From Polyangiaceae bacterium (GTDB lineage: Bacteria > Myxococcota_A > Polyangia > Polyangiales > Polyangiaceae): 64,000 bases of DNA. Positions within the stretch are counted from its first letter, which is position 1; every line of letters starts with the position of its first letter. The position numbers and the translations under genes are program-made. The notes beneath the pieces were generated by a model that was not told where the DNA came from, made no database searches, and worked only from the letters and a program-made list of their open reading frames with translations. Of this stretch, positions 20,565 through 29,568 are shown piece after piece. The stretch is taken from contig CBDCTZ010000014.1 of assembly GCA_965222375.1 (NCBI GenBank), forward strand, positions 896,001 to 960,000. The letters are read 5' to 3'.

Positions 20565-20882
20565 TTGCTGGTGCGCGCCATGGTTGCGACCCACGCCCGC
20601 GAAGCAGCCGAGATCACGATGCTCTTGCTCGTCGTCGCGTCCGGGTTGTTGAGCGCGCTCGGAATCTTCGCACTGATTGGAATTTCCTTGCGACAACAGG
20701 GCGCAGCTAGCTGGGCCCTTATCGGCGCTGTCGCGGCAGTCGCGGTTTCGGTGGCCCTGGACGGGATGGCTGCTTCTCGAGCGCTGGATGTCGTTTCTGG
20801 CCGTGCGTGGTTTGCAACTGGCGCCGGCCGCGTGACAAGATCGGTCTATCCTTCGTATCCGTTCAGCGAATCGCGTCACTGA
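20565..20882 (+). CDS. Small membrane protein, possibly a degenerate fragment
   Basis: Two hydrophobic helices; poor start context. Confidence 0.3.
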   Translation: MLVRAMVATHAREAAEITMLLLVVASGLLSALGIFALIGISLRQQGAASWALIGAVAAVAVSVALDGMAASRALDVVSGRAWFATGAGRVTRSVYPSYPFSESRH

Positions 20883-20984
20883 CAGGGTAGGCTGATTCGT
20901 GGCACCATCGCGGGACGGCTCGGAAGATGTGGAGCCGGTGCTGTTGTGCGCGCCTGGAAGCCCCTCCATGCTATGTTACCCTGG

Positions 20985-22661
20985 ATGTCTAGAGCTGTTG
21001 GTTGCGGTTGCCTGATCCTGCTCGGCCTGTGCTCTTGCGGAAGCTCGAATGAAACGGGCGATGGAAGTCCTGGGGCCGGGGGAACTGCTGGCAGCGGCGC
21101 GACCGGCGGCGAGGGGGCCACGGCTGGTAGCGGTGGTGCTGGTGCAGGCTCTGGCGCCACAGGTGGTGCGGCAGGCTTTGGTGCCACAGGTGGTGCGGCA
21201 GGCTCTGGCGCCACAGGTGGTGCGGCAGGCTCTGGCGCCTCGAGCGGGGCCGCGTTCACCACCTATCTAGGGGGCGGGCAATTCGAGCAGGTTCGAGATG
21301 TCGCTGTCGACGCCGCAGGCAACATCTATGTGACGGGTGGCACCAGCTCACCCAACTTCCCCACAACTACTGGCGTCGTGCAGCCCGCGATCCATCCGGG
21401 GCCCCCGTCCAACCCATCGATCGACAACCTGGATGTCTTCGTGGTCAAGCTCGATCCGTCGGGCAAGTTGTTGTGGAGCACCTACCTCGGCGGTCCCAAC
21501 TACGACCGGGCGTACGCTATTGGTGTCGATTCCGGGGGGAGCGTCTATGTAGGCGGCAGGGCCGGGGCGGGCTTCCCGGTCTCAACCGGCGCTTTCCAGA
21601 CCCAGTTCAACGGAGGTCAGTCGGCGTCCTTTTATGGCCCCCAGGACGGCTTCGTGTGCAAGCTGAAGCCTGATGGAAAGGCGATCATCTTCTGCAGCTA
21701 CTTCGGGACCAGCGACCCTTGGATTGTACGTGACATCGCTGTCGATTCAGCGGGCGACGTCTATCTCGCGTCTGCACGAGCATCGGGCAGCTACCCAACC
21801 GCTGTGGCCTCTAAGTTCGTGAATTCGCCCTTGGGGGGCGATGACGCCGTGATCGCAAAAGTGGCGAGCGACGGCTCGCAAGTGAAATGGGCCAGCTATG
21901 CTGGAGGGTCCGCCAAAGAGTTCCACGAGAACTCTGTTCGTTTGGACTCCAAGGATAACCCGGTCCTGGCATTCACCACTGAATCGTCGAATGTTCAAAC
22001 AAGTGCGAACGCTTTCGACAAGACCTACGCAGGCGGTGGTGACATATTTGTCACCCGTTTCGACCCCACCAACGGCTCCTTCGTCTGGGGGGCATATGTT
22101 GGTGGCACCGGCAACGAGTCGCTGGAGACCCATGAGCTTGCCGTTGATCAAAACGGTGAGATCTTCTTGGCCGCTCCCACGACTTCCCCCGATTTCCCGG
22201 TGACGCCAGGAGTGTTCCAGCCCAGCTACGGCGGTGGCGGTAATGATATGTTCATCGCCCGCATTGCCTCGGACGGAACCAAACTCATTGCCAGTACCTT
22301 CCTAGGCGGCACCAAGAACGATCGCCCCGAGGGCTGCGATCTCGGTCCGGCCGGCCTCTACTTCACGGGCACCACCACCTCGCCCAACTTCCCCACGACC
22401 TCTCAGGCCGCCTCATCCAATCTGGGCGGTACCCGCGATGCGGTGGCGGTGGTGATCTCCAGGGATCTGAAGCAACTCGTCTATTCGAGTTTCGTAGGGG
22501 GCTCGAAGATTGATGTGGGCCGAGCCGCCCGCGTGGCGCCCGCAGGAACATTTGTTCTCGGAGGACAAACCGATTCCGGCAACTTGAGCACCCTGAACGC
22601 TTACCAGCCGAACTACGGGGGAGGCACCGCCGATGGCTTTATCGCGGCGTTTGTGCCGTGA
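20985..22661 (+). CDS. SBBP (beta-propeller repeat) lipoprotein
   Basis: Lipobox, Gly linker, and repeated (S)TYLGG..D....IAVD..G.VYV.G.T.S..FP..D.FV blades. Confidence 0.85.
   Translation: MSRAVGCGCLILLGLCSCGSSNETGDGSPGAGGTAGSGATGGEGATAGSGGAGAGSGATGGAAGFGATGGAAGSGATGGAAGSGASSGAAFTTYLGGGQFEQVRDVAVDAAGNIYVTGGTSSPNFPTTTGVVQPAIHPGPPSNPSIDNLDVFVVKLDPSGKLLWSTYLGGPNYDRAYAIGVDSGGSVYVGGRAGAGFPVSTGAFQTQFNGGQSASFYGPQDGFVCKLKPDGKAIIFCSYFGTSDPWIVRDIAVDSAGDVYLASARASGSYPTAVASKFVNSPLGGDDAVIAKVASDGSQVKWASYAGGSAKEFHENSVRLDSKDNPVLAFTTESSNVQTSANAFDKTYAGGGDIFVTRFDPTNGSFVWGAYVGGTGNESLETHELAVDQNGEIFLAAPTTSPDFPVTPGVFQPSYGGGGNDMFIARIASDGTKLIASTFLGGTKNDRPEGCDLGPAGLYFTGTTTSPNFPTTSQAASSNLGGTRDAVAVVISRDLKQLVYSSFVGGSKIDVGRAARVAPAGTFVLGGQTDSGNLSTLNAYQPNYGGGTADGFIAAFVP
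21144..21239 (+). repeat. 27-bp coding tandem repeat (AGSGATGGA, about 3.5 copies)
   Basis: GCAGGCTCTGGCGCCACAGGTGGTGCG units visible directly. Confidence 0.85.
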
Positions 22662-22883
22662 ACCACCGAGGCCGTAGCGTTCGAAGGTCGATGCCGAGTA
22701 CCACGCCTCGTCATCGATGCACTTGCGCAGATGAAGTCATCCGGCTCGAGGAGACCAAGATCGAGTAGCGCGAAGCGCTCACGGACGTTCAGATTAGCGA
22801 GACCTACCTCGCAGCAAGAAGCGCTTTGAGCCAGGCCGGGTTTCGGTGACTGGTCGCTGTTCTCCCCAAGGCTCGCGCCCCCT

Positions 22884-23720
22884 TTGGATCCGGGTTCCCA
22901 AGCCAACTTTCCGATCCTACCGGTGCAGCGGCGTTGTCGGCTCGGACCAGTGCTACTCTCGCCAACGATGCCGAACCCTATCGAGCTCGCGTTCGCTTGT
23001 TTGGAACCTGCGTTCGGCGCTGCGGCAGTCCGCCGACAGGGTTCCACCCGAGCGACGGTAGAGTTTCAGGGACACTACGTATCGATCGTGTGTACCCGTC
23101 ACACGCAAGACGAGTACCGGTCCTTTTGCCTCATGCAAGTGTCGCTTCCTCTCGCCCTTCGCGGAGCTCTGTCCTTCCGCTGCTTCGAACGGGCGAACAC
23201 CGACTACCGGGGGAACGTTGAGGTCCATGTGGGCGTACCGGAGATCGATCAAACCAAGATCGTCGTGGGGCGACCGGCGGAAGTGATCCGGCAGGCGTTT
23301 CAAAATCGTGACCTAGTGTCATTCATCTTGACCCAGTTTGTATCGCGTACCTTGGAGGTAAGCGAACAGTCGCTGTTTGTGGAATACGTGCTTCCGAACT
23401 GGGGGGAAATCAAGGCGGGCAAAAAGCCGATCACCCCTGAGCTCTTGCGAGCCTTTGTTGAGGGGCTGGCGGTCGCGCACGCGGCGTTCTCGACGAGCTA
23501 TGAGTCACACCTCTTACACCTCCAAAACGAGGGCGGGCCGGCGGCGGTTCGGGCCTTCCTGAACCAAGCGCGACATGACGTGAACGTCGAAGCGAAACGC
23601 CGAGCGCGTGGACGCCTGATATTCAATCTCTCTCTGGGCGGCATACTGCTATTTTTCCTGCTGGTGACCGCTGGGATTCTCGCCGTTGTGTTTTTCGCCA
23701 CTGGGTTTCTTCACTTTTGA
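22884..23720 (+). CDS. Hypothetical protein with C-terminal TM anchor (start likely ATG 22968)
   Basis: Long ORF with a hydrophobic C-terminus; similar to the 40222-41015 gene. Confidence 0.65.
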   Translation: MDPGSQANFPILPVQRRCRLGPVLLSPTMPNPIELAFACLEPAFGAAAVRRQGSTRATVEFQGHYVSIVCTRHTQDEYRSFCLMQVSLPLALRGALSFRCFERANTDYRGNVEVHVGVPEIDQTKIVVGRPAEVIRQAFQNRDLVSFILTQFVSRTLEVSEQSLFVEYVLPNWGEIKAGKKPITPELLRAFVEGLAVAHAAFSTSYESHLLHLQNEGGPAAVRAFLNQARHDVNVEAKRRARGRLIFNLSLGGILLFFLLVTAGILAVVFFATGFLHF

Positions 23721-25645
23721 AGTTCAGTCGTACCCGTATCTAGGCAGCGGTGCTGAATGTCGGAACTCGATTGGTCGGCCTTTGGGCAGGCTTCAGAACT
23801 TCCCCATCCGCCCCCTGTCCGCCCCTGCTTGATGCGTTTGCGGACTTCGGCGTGCTCCCGTTTTCGTTCGCGTAGTTCTTCCGGACTCGCACCGGCGGCG
23901 CGTAGCAGTTCGAGGCTCGCCTTGAAGTAGGCTTCCGAGCCGAAGTCCCTCTGGCGCATGATCTCGAGGACCTTGTCGTATGCCGCGAGAGCGCCCGGCA
24001 GCCATCCGGTTTTTGGGATCTCGAGACCCGGATTCATCAGACGCAAGGACGCGAACCTGCCCAGGAACATCATGCGGCGGTCGAGATCATAGCTCTCGCT
24101 GGCTTCAATCAACGCTCCGCGAGTCCGCGGTTGGTTGAGCAGCGCCTCGGTCCGGCGCTGCTGATGGATATAAAGGTTGATGTCCTGCAGCGATGGCTTG
24201 TCTTGCGGGGACGGGGCCGGGCGCTCGGTTTCCAGTTTCAGCAAGGTCTTTTCGCCCGCTTCGAAGGCGACCAGGGTCCACTGGTCTGCGTGGCCTCTCA
24301 GAGCTTTGCGGAGTTTCTCGCTGCTCTGCTTGTCCAATCGCGCATGGAGCTGCCGTGCACGATCCAAGCTCTTCTTGGCGCGCCGCGCTGACTCCTGGGC
24401 AATGACGTCGAAGCCCGCTGCAGAAAACCGCGGCGCCGCCCAGCCGTAGCTCAGCGCCAGGCATGCCTCGGCGGTCAGGCGATCTGCGTCCGTCGCCCGA
24501 GGTGCGCGCCGTTCGTAGCGAGCGATGGCGCCGGCCATGACGCTCAGCCCGCGCGACGAGAGCACGGGCATCAGCTCCACTTCGCTGCTGCCCGTGGGCG
24601 TGGTTAAGGTCACGGTTCGAGTCAGAAGTCCGCGCGGCCGGAGCACGCATTCCGGATCTCGGTCGATGTCGGCCGCAACGCTTCCGAAGGACAGCGCCGA
24701 AAGCAGCTCAGGGTCGAGCACGGCCCAACTCAGATCGCCGAAGCCCGTGGCGTCGACACCAGCCCGCCGCCCACCTCTTCGCTGGCCCGGCGCCGCCGCG
24801 CGGCGCTCGCTGAAGAGCGGAACGTCTCCCGACTCGAAGACGTCCTTGTTCGGCGGGTATTGGAAGTCCGCTGTCGCCGCAGCGTCGAAGCGGGGTTTCG
24901 GCCCCGAGCTGATCTGGGGCAGGGCCGGCAGAATGCCATGAGCCCGGGCGTAGGCCTCGATGAGCTGTTCGGGATCGATCTTCTTTCCGCCCGAGTCGAC
25001 GCGGGCACCGTTTGCCAGATCCGTCTCGATGCCGTCCTCGGTCCAGGTGGCTGTCACATGCGTCGTGCCGCTCTGATTGACGCCGCCCCAGAAGCGAAGC
25101 GACAGGCCGTCTCTCTGCTTTGCGTCGTACAGGCACGCCGCAATCAATTGCGTGGTCGGCCCGCAGGCACCGACCTTCGCCAGCAGCATGTCGCTCATTC
25201 GATTGACGGCCATGGAGTAGGCGTAAGAAGAGAACGTATCCGTCACGGCCGGCACGACCTCTTGCCGTTTCAACCGCGTGCGAAGCTCGGTGCAGCGCTG
25301 GTCGAACAAGCGGCGCGCCTTGGGCGCATCCAGCGCGATCCGTGCTTCCTCTGCGTCGAGGGCGTCTGCATGGAGCAAGAAATCTCCCAAGACCAAACCC
25401 CCCACCTTACGGGCGGCTAGTGCTTCCTCCACGAGTTGGCGCCGAGCGCGATCGATCTCGGCCTTGCTTCGGAACTTCACCGCTTGGCTCGGGCCTCCGG
25501 TCGCGGTCTGTGCGGATTCGTGCTTCCCGGAAATCGCACCCTTCAGCCACGACCAACCACGCTCTGCCCCCATGGGTGCGAAGTGGATCAACACCGATAG
25601 CGACGCGGTGGCGGCGAGGATGGTGGTGGAAGAGGGGCGGCGCAT
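23711..25645 (-). CDS. Hypothetical secreted/membrane protein with possible transglutaminase-like Cys-His-Asp domain
   Basis: 644-aa ORF with N-terminal hydrophobic segment; GACGP, THVT and ETDLANG in triad-like order. Confidence 0.6.
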   Translation of the reverse strand: MRRPSSTTILAATASLSVLIHFAPMGAERGWSWLKGAISGKHESAQTATGGPSQAVKFRSKAEIDRARRQLVEEALAARKVGGLVLGDFLLHADALDAEEARIALDAPKARRLFDQRCTELRTRLKRQEVVPAVTDTFSSYAYSMAVNRMSDMLLAKVGACGPTTQLIAACLYDAKQRDGLSLRFWGGVNQSGTTHVTATWTEDGIETDLANGARVDSGGKKIDPEQLIEAYARAHGILPALPQISSGPKPRFDAAATADFQYPPNKDVFESGDVPLFSERRAAAPGQRRGGRRAGVDATGFGDLSWAVLDPELLSALSFGSVAADIDRDPECVLRPRGLLTRTVTLTTPTGSSEVELMPVLSSRGLSVMAGAIARYERRAPRATDADRLTAEACLALSYGWAAPRFSAAGFDVIAQESARRAKKSLDRARQLHARLDKQSSEKLRKALRGHADQWTLVAFEAGEKTLLKLETERPAPSPQDKPSLQDINLYIHQQRRTEALLNQPRTRGALIEASESYDLDRRMMFLGRFASLRLMNPGLEIPKTGWLPGALAAYDKVLEIMRQRDFGSEAYFKASLELLRAAGASPEELRERKREHAEVRKRIKQGRTGGGWGSSEACPKADQSSSDIQHRCLDTGTTELQK

Positions 25646-25770
25646 TGGGGGAATCGGGTCGGGACTGCAGGCTTCGACACCTCTAATACGCCGGAGTTTC
25701 CAGGGCTGATCCCGTCGCGCACGGGCATTTTCGTCGGTTTTCGGCGCTGATCCTCGTCATTGCCCTCCAG

Positions 25771-25786
25771 CCTACCAAGTGGTAGG
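25771..25786. promoter_or_regulatory. Palindrome CCTACCA-AG-TGGTAGG, likely TetR operator
   Basis: 7-bp inverted repeat just upstream of the tetR start, within a divergent intergenic region. Confidence 0.6.
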
Positions 25787-25810
25787 TAAACCCCGAACGA
25801 CCGGTCAGCC

Positions 25811-26491
25811 ATGCAGCCCGCCGAAAGCCGCAGTGAATCCCGCAGCTCCGACATGCGATCGGAGATTCTGACAGCCGCAACCCGGCTATTTGCCCAGCGG
25901 GGCTACGACGGCACGTCGCTGCAGAACATCGCGGACGCCGTCGGCATCAAGAAGCCATCCCTGCTCCACCATTTCGAGAGCAAAGACGCCATGCGTCAGG
26001 CCGTGCTGGACGAGTTGCTGGATCGCTGGCGGGAGACGCTGCCTCGGCTGATGATCGCCGCCACGGCGGGGCACGGTCAGTTCGACGCGGTCACCCGGGA
26101 GATTGTCACCTTCTTCACCGCCGATACCAATCGCGCGCGGCTGTTGATTCGAGAAGCGCTCGATCGCCCGGAAGACATGCGTCGCCGCCTGCGTCGCCAC
26201 GTAGCGCCGGTGGTTGCGAACCTCGCGGTGACGGTCAAGCGCGGGCAAGAGCGCGGCGATCTGCACGACGGCGCCGACGCCGAAGCGTATCTATTTCAAT
26301 CGATCATCTTGTTGGTGTGCGGTTCGGTCTTTTCGGAGAGCTTCAGCCCGCTATTGCCCAAGAGCAGTGAGCACGGCCGGCCGCTGGAGCGTTTGCACGC
26401 CGAGTTGCTGCGCCTGACCAAGACAGGACTTTTCGTCGCAGCAAGCGAACCAGGAACCATCGAGGGGGCAGCACTAGGAGTCAGCATATGA
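25811..26491 (+). CDS. TetR/AcrR family regulator
   Basis: ILTAATRLFAQRGYDGTSLQNIADAVGIKKPSLLHHFESK HTH. Confidence 0.93.
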   Translation: MQPAESRSESRSSDMRSEILTAATRLFAQRGYDGTSLQNIADAVGIKKPSLLHHFESKDAMRQAVLDELLDRWRETLPRLMIAATAGHGQFDAVTREIVTFFTADTNRARLLIREALDRPEDMRRRLRRHVAPVVANLAVTVKRGQERGDLHDGADAEAYLFQSIILLVCGSVFSESFSPLLPKSSEHGRPLERLHAELLRLTKTGLFVAASEPGTIEGAALGVSI

Positions 26492-28401
26492 GCAACTTCC
26501 TCAAAGACAACGACGACCTACTTTTTTACCTAGAGCGCGGCATCGACTGGGAGTCGGTGATTGAAGTCAACGAAATGGGTCTCGGCGAAGGTCACCCGCT
26601 CGAAAGTGTCGCGGAGGGCAAGCAGCTCTATCGTGACTTGGCGGCGAGCGTCGGCGAGTTCGTGGCCGAGAAGGTGGCTCCCCACGCCTTGGAGATCGAC
26701 GCCGACGGCGTGCACTTGAAAGACGGTGAAGTCGTGCAGCCCAAGGCCATGGACGACATCATGCGCCAGATCCAAGAGCTGGAGCTGCACGGCCTGTGCA
26801 TGCCCCGGGAGCTCGGCGGCCTGAATGCGCCCTTCTTGCTCTACCTGATCAACGTGGAGTTGTTCGCGCGCGCCGACGTGTCGGTCATGGCGCACCACGG
26901 CTTCCACGGCGGCATGGCGCTGGCGATGTTGCTGCTCAGCACTCGAGAGGGCAGTACAAAGTTCGACGCCGAAACCGGTGAGATCACCGAGACCCGATTC
27001 GCCGACTACATCGAAGAGATCCGCCAGGGCAAAGCCTGGGGTTGCATGGACATCACCGAGCCCCACGCGGGCAGCGACATGGCTGCGCTCAGAGCCGTCG
27101 GAGAACAGGACGAAGCGGGCAACTGGTTTTTGACCGGGCAGAAGATCTTCATCACCTCTGGCCACGGCAAGTACCATTTCGTGATCGCTCGCACCGAGAA
27201 GCCGAGCGCTTCCGACGACCCCATGGCGGGGCTCGCTGGGCTGAGCATGTTCTTGGTGCCCACCTACGAAGACACGCCTGAAGGTCGACGTCGCATCGTC
27301 ACGCTGGATCGCGTCGAGGAAAAGATGGGCCATCACGGCTCTGCGACGGCCGCGCTGTCCTTCGAGCGTGCCCCCGCGCACTTGGTGGGCAAGCGTGGCG
27401 AAGGCTTTCAGCAGATGCTCGTGTTGATGAACAACGCCCGGCTCAGCGTGGGTTTCGAGAGTATCGGACTGTGTGAAGCCGCCTACCATCTCGCTCGGGA
27501 CTACGCTCAGGAGCGCACGTCCATGGGCAAGACCTTGGATCGCCACGAGATGATCGCCGACTACCTGGACGAGATGCACACGGACATACAAGGCTTGCGC
27601 GCCTTGGCGATGTACGGCGCCTACCACGAAGAGATGGCGCAGAAGATGAAGATCCGCCTGCGCGGGCTGCCCAATAGCGAACTCGAGCGCAAGCGCCTGG
27701 AGCGTGACATCCGCGAGCATCAGGACTGCGCGCGCGGCGTCACGCCCCTACTCAAGTACACCGCGTCGGAACGTGCCGTGGACATGGCGCGACGTGCGAT
27801 TCAGGTCCTGGGTGGCGCCGGTTACATTCGCGAGTACGGCGCGGAAAAACTACTGCGCGATGCCATGGTCATGCCCATCTACGAGGGCACGAGCCAGATC
27901 CAGTCGCTGATGGCCATGAAAGACACCCTGAGCGGCATCATGAAAAACCCCCAGGGCTTCGTGAAGCGCATCGCCCAAACCCGTTGGCGCTCCTTGTCAG
28001 CCAGCGACCCCCGGGAAAAGCGCGTTGCCAAGCTGTCGCTGATTGCCTTGTCAGCCCAGCAGCATCTGCTCACCCGTACCGCCGGCGCCAAGGTTCGCGG
28101 CTTGACCAGTAAGCCCATCTCCGAATGGACCGGCGCGCTGTTCAAGAACTGGGATCCCAAACGCGACTTCGCCCTGGCCATGCTGCACGCCGAGCGCCTC
28201 ACGCGCATTCTCAGCGACGAGGCGATCTGCGCGCGTTTGCTCGAACAAGCCAAAGAGCACCCGGACCGCGGCGACGTGCTCGATCGCTACCTCGACCGCT
28301 GCGAACCCCGCTGTCGCTTCTTGCTCGAAGAGATCACCAGCGGTGGAACTCGCTTGCTCAACCGACTCAGCGAGACGGAACCGGTCGCGGCGGCGCAGTA
28401 G
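26488..28401 (+). CDS. Acyl-CoA dehydrogenase
   Basis: MDITEPHAGSD, GQKIFIT, EEKMG, IQVLGGAGYIREY and IYEGTSQIQ. Confidence 0.93.
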   Translation: MSNFLKDNDDLLFYLERGIDWESVIEVNEMGLGEGHPLESVAEGKQLYRDLAASVGEFVAEKVAPHALEIDADGVHLKDGEVVQPKAMDDIMRQIQELELHGLCMPRELGGLNAPFLLYLINVELFARADVSVMAHHGFHGGMALAMLLLSTREGSTKFDAETGEITETRFADYIEEIRQGKAWGCMDITEPHAGSDMAALRAVGEQDEAGNWFLTGQKIFITSGHGKYHFVIARTEKPSASDDPMAGLAGLSMFLVPTYEDTPEGRRRIVTLDRVEEKMGHHGSATAALSFERAPAHLVGKRGEGFQQMLVLMNNARLSVGFESIGLCEAAYHLARDYAQERTSMGKTLDRHEMIADYLDEMHTDIQGLRALAMYGAYHEEMAQKMKIRLRGLPNSELERKRLERDIREHQDCARGVTPLLKYTASERAVDMARRAIQVLGGAGYIREYGAEKLLRDAMVMPIYEGTSQIQSLMAMKDTLSGIMKNPQGFVKRIAQTRWRSLSASDPREKRVAKLSLIALSAQQHLLTRTAGAKVRGLTSKPISEWTGALFKNWDPKRDFALAMLHAERLTRILSDEAICARLLEQAKEHPDRGDVLDRYLDRCEPRCRFLLEEITSGGTRLLNRLSETEPVAAAQ

Positions 28402-29494
28402 CTCGCGGGTTGGGCAGCGGCGCACATGCCGTAGGGGGCGTGCGGCCGCCGAGCTGGGCAAGGGCTTGCCGTCGAGCGGCCTGACAGGCGAGAAGGCTTG
28501 GCGTGGGCGTTGACGCGTCATTCATTGCTTCTTCGTCCTCTCCTTCTCCCTCGCCCATCTCGTCTTCGGGAGGCGGGGGTGGAGGACGGAGCACCTTTTC
28601 CACTGCACGCGCGCAGGCTTCGGCGGCGGCGCAAGCATGCTCTACCAGCGGAAGCGAGCTGAGCGCGCGGCGCGCGACCGCCTGTTCTGCCGAGCTCAGC
28701 TTGCGGGACGGGCCGACGAGTTTGGCTCGGGTTTCTGCTAGCCGCGGTCGAGGCGCATCGAACCCTTCAGGATCCACCCGTTCCAGATCGCTGTAGCCAG
28801 CTACGGGCTCGGCGTAGCGTGGCTGAAAGTCGTGTTGGACCACACGCAGGGGCGTGAGCACGATCACGCCGTCGCTGAGCCGGCCCTCCCAGCGCGCTTC
28901 CTTTGGCGAGTCGCTGCGCCGCCAGCTGAGCACGCGCTGCTGGTCCCAACGCCCGTCCCTTGCCCGAACGTAGTAGCGGTCCCGTTGCACGCACAGCAGC
29001 TGGTCTACGATCCCGCGACAACCCAGCACGTTCGACAGCGCCAGGAACTGCGCAGGGATCAATCCGCGCTTTCGAAGGGGAACGCATTCGGGCTGCTCCG
29101 GCCCTTGCAGACACAGCGCCTTGCCGAGTTCATACGCGTCACAGGCGTCGTAAGAGCCTGCGTCGCAAGCGTCCATGAGCACCCGCATTCCCCGTTTGCG
29201 CGAGGTGGCGTCTTTGCGGTAGCCCAGAGCTACGCCGAGCTGTGTGCAGGGACACTCGGCGACTTCCCGCGCCCCCGTAGCTTTCTCGGGCTTGCTTCTA
29301 CAGCGCCGCGTCAAAGCGCGCAAAGCAAGGTCTGTCGGCGGGTCCGACCAACTCAACTTGGCGGAGCAGGTGTAGCCGTCGTTGCCCGGTCGAGGCGCCT
29401 GCAGCGCTGCCTTTCGACTTTCCGGCTTCGCCGTCGCGCACGCCGCGAGCGCTGCCGATAGCGCGAAGTGGCCGAAGACCGAAGCGAAGCGCAT
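28367..29494 (-). CDS. Hypothetical Cys-containing lipoprotein
   Basis: Lipobox LAAC; ACDAG..DAC Sel1-like motif. Confidence 0.6.
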   Translation of the reverse strand: MRFASVFGHFALSAALAACATAKPESRKAALQAPRPGNDGYTCSAKLSWSDPPTDLALRALTRRCRSKPEKATGAREVAECPCTQLGVALGYRKDATSRKRGMRVLMDACDAGSYDACDAYELGKALCLQGPEQPECVPLRKRGLIPAQFLALSNVLGCRGIVDQLLCVQRDRYYVRARDGRWDQQRVLSWRRSDSPKEARWEGRLSDGVIVLTPLRVVQHDFQPRYAEPVAGYSDLERVDPEGFDAPRPRLAETRAKLVGPSRKLSSAEQAVARRALSSLPLVEHACAAAEACARAVEKVLRPPPPPPEDEMGEGEGEDEEAMNDASTPTPSLLACQAARRQALAQLGGRTPPTACAPLPNPRATAPPRPVPSR

Positions 29495-29568
29495 GGCGCC
29501 TACAACTACGCCACGGGGCGAGTCGACCTTCCTCGTGCCTGCTGCGTGCTCCGTGCTATGCCCGTGCG

